Assembly: GCA_030037955.1 (NCBI GenBank)
Contig: JASHPT010000082.1
Location: 1-54,213 of the forward strand
Reading direction: 5' to 3'
Source: Thermoplasmata archaeon
GTDB taxonomy: Archaea > Thermoplasmatota > Thermoplasmata > Lutacidiplasmatales > UBA184
Length of the DNA stretch: 54,213 bases
Part shown: positions 45,075-52,778 of the stretch, in pieces
How positions within the stretch are numbered: the stretch's first letter is position 1
Layout of the letters: each line of letters begins with the position of its first letter
Notes under the pieces: model-generated
Database searches by the model: none
What the model saw: the letters and a program-made list of their open reading frames with translations, nothing else
Told to the model about the DNA's origin: nothing
Position numbers and translations under genes: made by a program

Positions 45075-47564
45075 ATGCCGGCGCAAGGTGAGGGTGCTTT
45101 CGACACCCAGGGAGCGGCTCCCGTTTCCCAGCCCGCTACTCCCCCTCCATGGGGTCTCTCCTCCGCAGAGGTCGCGGACCGGAGGGCGCGGGCAGGGTTC
45201 AACGAGATTCCCGAAAGAAGGGTTAGCCTCGGGCGGCGGCTCTTCTCCTATCTCTGGGCCCCGATCCCGTGGATGATCGAGGTGGCGGCGGTCCTCGCCG
45301 CCGTCCTCCAGAACTGGGACGACTTCGCGATTATCCTCACCCTACTAGTCGTCAACGCCACTGTCGGGTTCTGGGAGGAATATCAATCCGGGAATGCCGT
45401 AGCCGCTCTGAAGGCGCATCTCGCCCCCCAGGCCCGCACTCTTCGCGACGGGGTTTGGACTACCGTGCCAGCCCGGGAATTGGTCCCGGGAGACACCATC
45501 CGCATCCGGATGGGCGACATCGTGCCGGGGGACGTTCTCCTCCTCAGCGACGCCTCCCTGGAGCTGGATCAGTCGGCGCTCACGGGAGAGTCGCTCCCCG
45601 TCTCCCGTGGTGCCGGGGAGTCGGCGTTATCGGGGTCGATTGTGCGGCGAGGAGAGGGCACCGGGACGGTCACATCGACCGGGTCGACGACCTACCTCGG
45701 ACGGACCGCTCAGCTCGTCGCTGCGGCGCAACCCGTCAGCCGGCTTCAGAGTGCGATCCTCCGGATCGGGGACACCTTGATCATGCTCGCCCTCGGACTC
45801 GCGGCTGTCATCGAGGCCGTCTCTCTGGTCCGTGGAGTGAGTCTCCTCACATCGCTCCAGTTCGCGCTCGTCCTCGCTGTCGCCGCCATCCCGGTGGCCA
45901 TGCCAACGGTACTTTCCGTCACGATGGCCGTCGGGGCACGGAAGCTCGCCGGCGAGAAGGCGATCGTGACCCGCCTCGAGTCGATGGAAGAGCTCGCAGG
46001 CATCGACGTCCTCTGCTCCGACAAAACGGGTACGCTCACCCAGAACATCCTCCGGATAGGGGATCCCATCGCCTTCGACGACGTGACGGAACGTGAGGTC
46101 CTCGAAGCGGCGGTGCTCGCGTCCCGGGCCGAAGACCACGACCCGATCGACGCCGCGATCCTCGCCTACGGCGGAGCCCACGCCGTCGCGGGGGACTTCC
46201 GAGTGACCCGGTACATGCCCTTCGACCCGGTCCTCAAGCGCACCGAGGCCACGCTGACGGCCCCGGACGGCTCGTCCCTGCGGGTGGCCAAGGGCGCTCC
46301 TCAGGCCATCCTGGCCTTCGTCGGCGGGACGACGCAGACAGGCGCGACGCTCGAGGCGGCGATAACAGAGATTGCCCGGCACGGATTTCGGGCTCTCGGC
46401 GTCGCTCGGGCCCGGGCCGGAGGACCGTGGGAGTACCTCGGCGTGATTCCCCTGTTCGATCCGTTACGACCGGATTCGGCGGAGGTCCTCGCGGCGATCC
46501 GAGATCTCGCTGTTCAGGTCAAGATGGTGACGGGTGACCAGGCCGCGATCGCACGGGAAACCGGACTCCGGCTAGGTATGGAGGGCGCGGTCACCACCCC
46601 CGATGAATGGGCCGACGCTGCGCGACGGACCCAGATCCTCGAGGCGACGAGCGTCTTCGCCCAGGTGTTTCCCGAGGACAAGTATACGATCGTCGCGGAG
46701 TTGCAGCATCGCGGACACATTGTCGGGATGACCGGGGATGGCGTGAACGACGCCCCGGCGCTGAAAGAGGCCGACGTGGGGATCGCCGTCTCCGGAGCGA
46801 CCGATGCGGCGCGTTCAGCGGCCGCGGTGGTGCTGACCGCTCAGGGGCTCGCCGTCATCCTCACGGCCATCCGGCAGGCGCGTCAGACGTTCGCCCGGAT
46901 GACTTCCTATGCGATTTACCGGATCGAGGAAACGATTCGTCTCCTGTTCTTCATCGCCCTGACAATTGTCGTCCTCGGCTTCTTTCCGGTCACGGCGCTC
47001 CAGATCGTTCTCATCGCCCTGCTCAACGACGGGGCGATCCTGGCCATCGCCTACGATCGTACCCCGATCTCGCCGACTCCCGTATCCTGGAGGATGAGCC
47101 GGATACTTCGGGTGGCCTCCGTGCTCGGGGTCACGGGACTCGCGTCGACGTTCCTCTTGCTCGCGGTAGCCGTCGGCCCGCTCCACATCACTGGCGGGCC
47201 GTTACAGACGCTCCTCTACCTCAAGCTCTCGGTCGCGGGACATTTCGTCATCTTCCTCACCCGCACCGAGGGACCCTTCTGGAGGTCACGACCGGCGAGC
47301 GTGCTGATGTTGAGCGTCTTCGGCACGCAGATCCTCGCCTCCATCCTCGCCCTGATGGGCTGGCTCATCCCTCAGGTACCACCGCTCTGGGTGGTTGGAG
47401 TCTGGGGGTATGCTGCGCTGGAGATGTTCCTCGTGGACGGGGCCAAGCAGTGGGCCTACCGACGGTGGGCGCGCCTCGGGGCCTCCCCAGGCCTTCGGGC
47501 ACCCGATTCGGCGCCCCCCGCCCGTCTTCCGTCGCGATGGTTCTTCCACCCGCGTCACCGGTAG
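45075..47564 (+). CDS. P-type ATPase, plasma-membrane H+-ATPase-like (type IIIA)
   Basis: GLSSAEVADRRARAGFNEIPE, WAPIPWMIEVAA, TGES, CSDKTGTLT, MVTGDQAAIA, MTGDGVNDAPALKEADVGIAV. The ATG at 45075 is preferred over the track start at 45051. Confidence 0.9.
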   Translation: MPAQGEGAFDTQGAAPVSQPATPPPWGLSSAEVADRRARAGFNEIPERRVSLGRRLFSYLWAPIPWMIEVAAVLAAVLQNWDDFAIILTLLVVNATVGFWEEYQSGNAVAALKAHLAPQARTLRDGVWTTVPARELVPGDTIRIRMGDIVPGDVLLLSDASLELDQSALTGESLPVSRGAGESALSGSIVRRGEGTGTVTSTGSTTYLGRTAQLVAAAQPVSRLQSAILRIGDTLIMLALGLAAVIEAVSLVRGVSLLTSLQFALVLAVAAIPVAMPTVLSVTMAVGARKLAGEKAIVTRLESMEELAGIDVLCSDKTGTLTQNILRIGDPIAFDDVTEREVLEAAVLASRAEDHDPIDAAILAYGGAHAVAGDFRVTRYMPFDPVLKRTEATLTAPDGSSLRVAKGAPQAILAFVGGTTQTGATLEAAITEIARHGFRALGVARARAGGPWEYLGVIPLFDPLRPDSAEVLAAIRDLAVQVKMVTGDQAAIARETGLRLGMEGAVTTPDEWADAARRTQILEATSVFAQVFPEDKYTIVAELQHRGHIVGMTGDGVNDAPALKEADVGIAVSGATDAARSAAAVVLTAQGLAVILTAIRQARQTFARMTSYAIYRIEETIRLLFFIALTIVVLGFFPVTALQIVLIALLNDGAILAIAYDRTPISPTPVSWRMSRILRVASVLGVTGLASTFLLLAVAVGPLHITGGPLQTLLYLKLSVAGHFVIFLTRTEGPFWRSRPASVLMLSVFGTQILASILALMGWLIPQVPPLWVVGVWGYAALEMFLVDGAKQWAYRRWARLGASPGLRAPDSAPPARLPSRWFFHPRHR

Positions 47565-47748
47565 CTCCTGCGGCGAGGCGCGCAACGGCGCGCGGAGGAG
47601 TTCTGTCAGCTCCGACGGAAGCGCCCCACGACCGGGGCAAATAGGGCACTCGTCCGACTCGGCGAGGAACGGTCCAAGCCGTCGGGTACGGCGCGGCGTC
47701 GAGTGGAGGCCAAGCGAGCATGGGTCCTACTCGACCATTCGCTCGGGC

Positions 47749-47767
47749 CCCGGCGGGCCCGTCCCTC
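47749..47767 (+). repeat. degenerate att-like copy 4
   Basis: CCCGGCGGGCCCGT (14/14 with the tRNA 3' end). With its flank, CCCGGCGGGCCCGTCCCTC is 18/19 identical to copy 2 plus flank (CCCGGCGGGCCCGTCTCTC). Confidence 0.45.
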
Positions 47768-47786
47768 CAGCTGGACGGAGCCCCCG

Positions 47787-48197
47787 TCAGTCCCACACCC
47801 GCTCGAGCCCAGGGATCCTCGCGAGTTCTCGGTCGTTCGTGACCAGAGGTACTCGGCGCGCGACGGCGTCGGCAGCGATCAGCCGATCGTGGAGCTCGGG
47901 GACGTTCAGATCCAAGAAGACTCCCCAGCCCGCGGCATCCAGGGCCGACAGCCGGATGTACCCGCCCGCGCGGACCTGATCTACGACCTCTTCTACCAGC
48001 CCCCTCGGATGCTCCAGTCCCAGTCTCCCCCGGAGGGCCAGATAGGCGAACTCGCCCAAGGCGATCTCCGGCAGGTAGAGCACGCCCTCGCCGTTCTCCG
48101 CCGCGCGGAACAGGGCGGCCGCGCCCTTCGGAAGCGAGTCGTTCAGGTGCCCGAGGAGGGCCACGGTGTCGATGACTGCCCCGGTCAGAGCCGCCAC
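47787..48197 (-). CDS. vapC: PIN-domain toxin (VapC-like)
   Basis: GAVIDTVALLGHL..., LHDRLIAADAVARRVPLVTNDRELARIP. Confidence 0.8.
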   Translation of the reverse strand: MAALTGAVIDTVALLGHLNDSLPKGAAALFRAAENGEGVLYLPEIALGEFAYLALRGRLGLEHPRGLVEEVVDQVRAGGYIRLSALDAAGWGVFLDLNVPELHDRLIAADAVARRVPLVTNDRELARIPGLERVWD

Positions 48198-48412
48198 TCC
48201 CTGCGAAGGGCACGAATCTCCTTCTCGGCCTGCCGTGCGTCGACCCTCCCCCGGAGGAGCCCGCGGAGGCTCTTCCGGCCCCGGCGGATGAGGACGCCGT
48301 CCTGGGTCTCCAGAACGAGGACGAGCTGGCCCTCGTCCAGGTGATGCTTCTCGCGCAGCCGCTTCGGGAGGGTAATCTGGCCCTTGGAGCTGACCGTTGC
48401 GGTAGTCGCCAC
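48185..48412 (-). CDS. AbrB/SpoVT-family antitoxin
   Basis: GTG start giving (M)ATTATVSSKGQITLPKRLREKHHLDEGQLVLVLE, a swapped-hairpin AbrB motif. Overlaps the PIN gene by 13 nt. Confidence 0.75.
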   Translation of the reverse strand: MATTATVSSKGQITLPKRLREKHHLDEGQLVLVLETQDGVLIRRGRKSLRGLLRGRVDARQAEKEIRALRREWRL

Positions 48413-48433
48413 GTGTACGCTACTCGGTGTGAG

Positions 48434-48440
48434 TAAATAG
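48434..48440 (-). promoter_or_regulatory. TATA-like box for the abrB-PIN operon
   Basis: The minus strand reads CTATTTA, centred about 25 nt upstream of the GTG at 48412. It is adjacent to the inverted repeat CTTTAC-n5-GTAAAG (48442-48458). Confidence 0.4.
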
Positions 48441-48513
48441 TCTTTACCAGAAGTAAAGTCCCCAAGGTGGGACCGCCGTGACCTCGCTCCCCGTCCTCGA
48501 CTCACTTAGATAC

Positions 48514-48526
48514 TCATGATTCATGA
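48514..48526. promoter_or_regulatory. tandem palindromic hexamers TCATGA-T-TCATGA between a TATA-like box and the vapB-2 start (candidate operator)
   Basis: Seen directly. TTAGATAC (48505-48512) is centred about 27 nt upstream of the ATG at 48536. Confidence 0.4.
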
Positions 48527-48535
48527 ATACAACTA

Positions 48536-48772
48536 ATGACGGTCGTGCAGGCCCGGCTGCCCGAACTCGAGTACGAGTTGCTGCGGAAGCGAGCACGTTC
48601 CGAGCGCCGTCCGATCCAGGACGTCGTGCGGGCGGCAATCCGTGCCCATGTGCTCGAGGACTCGGTGGATGCCTCGGAGCCCATCTTCCGGGAACTCGCG
48701 CATCAGCAGGGGCCCCGGGGCAAGGACCGCACCGCGGAACGGGTCGACGAGCTGCTCTACCCCTCTCCATGA
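48536..48772 (+). CDS. vapB: ribbon-helix-helix antitoxin (VapB), paralog of 43020..43256
   Basis: MTVVQARLPELEYELLRKRARSERRPIQDVVRAAIRAHVL. It has the same length (78 aa) and pattern as the first VapB. Confidence 0.75.
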   Translation: MTVVQARLPELEYELLRKRARSERRPIQDVVRAAIRAHVLEDSVDASEPIFRELAHQQGPRGKDRTAERVDELLYPSP

Positions 48773-49185
48773 TATTCATCGACACGTCGGCCTGGTTCGC
48801 GCTCCTGTACGAGCGAGCCGCGCAGCGACCGGATGCGGTGACGACCTTCGCCGAGATCGAGAGCGGCCGGTACGGGGCACCGGTGACCACCGACTACGTT
48901 CTCGACGAGACCTTCACCCTGCTACGCCAGCGGGTGGGGATCGCCCCGGTCGCCCGGCTGGCCGGCCTCCTGCGAGACAGCCCGTCCATCCGACGAGTAC
49001 GAGTCGGCGAATCGGTCTTCGAGGAAAGTCTCCGGCTCATGCTCTCGCACACGGACACGCGCTGGAGCTTCACCGACTGCACCAGCTTCGTCACGATGCG
49101 GGAGACCCGGATTCCCCGGGCGTTCACCTGGGACCCCAACTTCGTCGAGGCCGGATTCGAGGTCGTCCCCGGCGGAAAATCCTGA
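48769..49185 (+). CDS. vapC: PIN-domain toxin (VapC), paralog of 43253..43669
   Basis: ATGA overlap. MIFIDTSAWFALLYER..., TTDYVLDETF, RWSFTDCTSFVTM. 138 aa, the same as the first VapC. Confidence 0.85.
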   Translation: MIFIDTSAWFALLYERAAQRPDAVTTFAEIESGRYGAPVTTDYVLDETFTLLRQRVGIAPVARLAGLLRDSPSIRRVRVGESVFEESLRLMLSHTDTRWSFTDCTSFVTMRETRIPRAFTWDPNFVEAGFEVVPGGKS

Positions 49186-49227
49186 CGGCGCACCGGCCGG
49201 GCAGGGCCCTCCCGGGCCGGTCCGACC

Positions 49228-52200
49228 CTAGGTCGGTGGGGGACCGGCCGACGGAGGGCGGCTCCCTCCGGACGGCCCGGAGGGTTCCGGGCGCTCCGGC
49301 GGCTCCCGGCGGCGCCGGGCGGCGAGGAGCACGAGGACGAGGATGATGAGCACGATCACACCCACCCCGATCGCGATCCAGGTCCACGGGATCGTCGTGG
49401 AGGAGGAGTGGGTCCCACTCGGCGGGGAGGTCACCGAGAGGTGGGCGCTCGCGTTCGCGAAGTGGCCAGACGAGTCGTTGACCTCGACCTGGGGGGTGTA
49501 GTTGCCGCTCGCCGTAGGGACGCAGCTCAGGCTGGCCGCATCGGCGCTCGCGCAGCCCGGCGGAAGGTCGGAGTACCGGTAGGTGAGACTTCCCGTGTAT
49601 CCGCCGGTGACGTTCACGACGAGCGTCGACCCGGCGCCGAGGGTGATCGACGACGGGGTCGCCATCAGGGTGGCGGCGAGCTTCGCCTCGACCACGAGCG
49701 TCGTCGAGTTCGTCGCCTCCTGATCCGCGCTATCCGTCACGCTCACGCCGATCGTGAAATCCCCGGAGTCGGCGGGTGTGCAGGCCAGGGTGGAGGCGTT
49801 GGCCGAGGTGCAGCCGGTCGGGAGGCCCGCGTAGGCAAAGGTGAACGGCCCCACGCCGCCGGACACGGTCACGGTCAGGGTCGATTCGGCGCCGAGGAGG
49901 ATCGTGGAGGGGGCAGCGACCAGACTGGCGCTCAGCGGCTCCTCGACCGTGAGGGTGGTCGAATTGGAGACCTCACTGGCCGCGCTGTCCGTCACGCCGA
50001 CCTCGATGTCGAAGCCGCCGGCCTCGGTGGGCGTGCAGGCCAGGGTGGAGGCATTGGCCGACGTGCAGCCGGTCGGGAGGCCCGAATACACGTACGTGTA
50101 CGGCGCGACGCCCCCGGAGACCGTGGCCGTGATCGTCGTCGACGCGCCGAGCCCGATCACCGACGGGTCCGCCTGTACGGTCACCCCGAGGGGCCCGACC
50201 GGGGGCTGGACCGTCAGGGTCGTCATCGCGGAGGTCGAGCCGCCGCCGGATTGGGAGACCTCGACGGTGATGGGATACTCGCCGGCCTCGGTCGGGGTGC
50301 AGGGCAGGGTGGCCGTGTCGGCCGAGGTGCACCCGGGGGGAAGGCCGGTGTACGAGTAGGTCAACGAGGACGTGGCCCCCAGGACGGTCGTCTCCAGGTC
50401 CGTCGTCGCGTCCACCACGACCGTGGACGGGACGGCCCGGAGCGTGGCCGAGAGCGACGGCGGCGGAGGGCCGGCTCCCGTGCTGATCTGGTAAACGGCC
50501 CCCGGGTACGTGGCCGAGACGAACAGCAGGTTCGTGGCGGAGTCCCACGCCAGCGGTCCCAGGTCGTCGCCCAGGACCAGGTGGCCGTAGTACGTGCCGT
50601 TGGTCACGTTGACGAATCCGAGCTCGCCTCCGGGCACCCCGGCGATGGTCCATGGCTCCGTCAGAAGCAGGGTCTCGTTGACCGGATCGTAGGCCAGGAA
50701 CTGGGGATGGCTCGTCGACGAGATGTAGATGGGCCCGTGTACCGCGTAGGTCGTCGCCGAGAAGTTGGCCACGTAGTCGGCATCGCTCTCCGCGACGTAG
50801 ACCTCCCCGTTGGCCGGATCGTAGGCGAGCCCGGCCGGCTCGTTGTTGATGTCGATCGGGGTGGGGGTCTTCACGAGCGTGTTCTCCGCCGCGTCGATCA
50901 CACTCACGTTGTCGCTGCCGAAGTTCGAGACGAACACGGTGCCGTTGTCGGGGTCGTAGAGCACGCCGAACGGGTTGTTCCCCACGGTCAGCGCGGTCTC
51001 CACCGCCCCATCGGAGGCGTCGAGGATCGTCACGGTCCCCTCCCCGTAGTTCGCGACGAACACCTTCTGGTCCGCCGGGTCGTAGGCCAGTCCCGCGGGG
51101 AGGTCGAAGTCGGTCGTGGGAAGGTAGGTCACGGCGTAGGTCGTGACGTTGACGATCGCCACGTCGGCGTCCGCCACGGCATACGGCGTGAAGTCGACGT
51201 AGACCGTCCCGTTCGCGCTGTCGTAGGCCACCGAACCGCCGATCCACTGGTGCTGGATCACCGAGAACCCCACGAACACCTGGTGCTCCACCTGCTCGGT
51301 CGCCGCGTTGAGGATGCTGAGGTCGCCGCTCTGCCCATCGTAGACGTAGGCCTGGTCGTCCGGGCCCCCGAAGGCGATGCCGTACGGGAGGTCCGCGAGC
51401 GGTCCCCAGTGGACGATCGCGTTGTTGACGACGGAGATGTCGGTCACGTTGGTCGACGCGGCGGACGAGTATCCCTGGTTCACGACGATGACGTCCTGCA
51501 GCTGCGGATCGTAGACCAGTCCGTTCGGACCGGCGTTGTCGGCGAGGGTGATCGACGCGCTGGCCCCGGTGTCGGGCACGCTCGCGGTGGGCGCCGGCGC
51601 GTACTCCTCGACCGCGTTCTGGAAATATCCGGCGACGAACAGCGAGTCGTTGGTCGGGTCCAGCGCCAGGCCGTCCTCGGCGTAGTCTCCCCCCGCGGGC
51701 AGGGCGATGGTGCCGGTCATCGCCGAGGTCGTCAGGCTCCAGATCTGGACGCCGGGGCTCAGCCCCGAGACGTACAGCTCCCCGTTGAGGGAGTCTGCGA
51801 TCATCGGCCCCGGCGACCCCTCGCCGGTCAGCGCGATATTCGCCACATACTGGAGCGTCGGAGACGGGTTGAACCCGGTGATGTTGAACGAGGTCTCGGC
51901 GTCGACGTAGACGACCCCGTCCGCAGGGTCCAGCGCGAGGTCCACGGGTCCCTCGCCGACCTTGATGTTCCCGGTCACGTCGAACGTGGAGGCGTCGATC
52001 TCGGTGATGTTCGCCGACCCGAAGTTCGCCACGAACACGGAGTTCGTCCAGTTGTCGTAGAGCACGGCCTCGGGGTAAATCCCGACGGGGATCACCGCCT
52101 CCACGGCGTAGGTCGACGCATCGTAGACCGTGACCGTGTTCGCGCCCACGCCCCCGGTCGCCCAGATCGTGTTCGACTCGTTGTCGTAGCCCAGGAAGAT

Positions 52201-52620
52201 CGGTTCGCCGATGGGAAGGATCCGCACCCCGATGTCGGTGGTCGCGTTCACCACGTCGATGCCGGTCGTGCCGACGTCCCCGCCGCCGACCCAGACGGTG
52301 CCGTTGTCCGGGTCGTACGCCGCATCGATCGGGTAGGTGGTGGAGTTCGAGAGCTCATAGCCGGGAGCGACCGTTTGGTTGAACAGCACGAGCGTGTTCA
52401 TGACCGAGGCGAGGAAGTCGCCCGGGGCTGCCGGAGGCAGCGCAGGCGACGGGAATCCTCCGGTCGCCGAGACCTGCGCGGCGCCCGGAATCGGCATGGC
52501 CGTCGACGGGCCGGCAAGGACGAGCGTTCCCGCCGAGCTTGCGATCAGGAGGAGCAGGAGGAAGACCACGGTCGAAGTCGTCCCGGTGCTTCCCGCACCG
52601 GGTCTGGACTCGACGGTCAA
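49228..52620 (-). CDS. large cell-surface protein: signal peptide, YVTN-type beta-propeller repeats, four Ig/PKD-like repeats, C-terminal TM anchor
   Basis: Hydrophobic N-terminus VVFLLLLLIASSAGTLVLAGP. There are many repeats of the ...P.G.AYDP.NG.VYVAN...VSVID type and at least ~25 N-x-S/T sequons. C-terminal WIAIGVGVIVLIILVLVLLAARRRR is followed by a Pro-rich tail. The start is uncertain (TTG at 52620, GTG at 52569 or upstream). Confidence 0.8.
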   Translation of the reverse strand: MTVESRPGAGSTGTTSTVVFLLLLLIASSAGTLVLAGPSTAMPIPGAAQVSATGGFPSPALPPAAPGDFLASVMNTLVLFNQTVAPGYELSNSTTYPIDAAYDPDNGTVWVGGGDVGTTGIDVVNATTDIGVRILPIGEPIFLGYDNESNTIWATGGVGANTVTVYDASTYAVEAVIPVGIYPEAVLYDNWTNSVFVANFGSANITEIDASTFDVTGNIKVGEGPVDLALDPADGVVYVDAETSFNITGFNPSPTLQYVANIALTGEGSPGPMIADSLNGELYVSGLSPGVQIWSLTTSAMTGTIALPAGGDYAEDGLALDPTNDSLFVAGYFQNAVEEYAPAPTASVPDTGASASITLADNAGPNGLVYDPQLQDVIVVNQGYSSAASTNVTDISVVNNAIVHWGPLADLPYGIAFGGPDDQAYVYDGQSGDLSILNAATEQVEHQVFVGFSVIQHQWIGGSVAYDSANGTVYVDFTPYAVADADVAIVNVTTYAVTYLPTTDFDLPAGLAYDPADQKVFVANYGEGTVTILDASDGAVETALTVGNNPFGVLYDPDNGTVFVSNFGSDNVSVIDAAENTLVKTPTPIDINNEPAGLAYDPANGEVYVAESDADYVANFSATTYAVHGPIYISSTSHPQFLAYDPVNETLLLTEPWTIAGVPGGELGFVNVTNGTYYGHLVLGDDLGPLAWDSATNLLFVSATYPGAVYQISTGAGPPPPSLSATLRAVPSTVVVDATTDLETTVLGATSSLTYSYTGLPPGCTSADTATLPCTPTEAGEYPITVEVSQSGGGSTSAMTTLTVQPPVGPLGVTVQADPSVIGLGASTTITATVSGGVAPYTYVYSGLPTGCTSANASTLACTPTEAGGFDIEVGVTDSAASEVSNSTTLTVEEPLSASLVAAPSTILLGAESTLTVTVSGGVGPFTFAYAGLPTGCTSANASTLACTPADSGDFTIGVSVTDSADQEATNSTTLVVEAKLAATLMATPSSITLGAGSTLVVNVTGGYTGSLTYRYSDLPPGCASADAASLSCVPTASGNYTPQVEVNDSSGHFANASAHLSVTSPPSGTHSSSTTIPWTWIAIGVGVIVLIILVLVLLAARRRREPPERPEPSGPSGGSRPPSAGPPPT
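49430..50460 (-). repeat. four tandem ~85-aa (~255-nt) Cys-pair Ig/PKD-like domain repeats inside the surface-protein gene
   Basis: Repeats share ...TVSGG..P.T..Y.GLP.GC.SA.ASTL.C.P...G.....V.V.DS......ST.L.V. The similarity is also visible at the DNA level (e.g. GTGCAGCCGGTCGGGAGGCCCG recurs). Confidence 0.8.
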
Positions 52621-52778
52621 GAGGATCGCACGCCGGTAAATACGGGGGGGCTTAACGGTGCGCTCGGGAGTGCCCGCGTCGAGACCCGCTCCCCCTCCGG
52701 CGCCCAGCTCACGCCAGGAATGCCCGTCGTAGACGCGGGCCGGAGCCCCCGGCGCCTTCCGCACGGAGTCTCGGAGAG

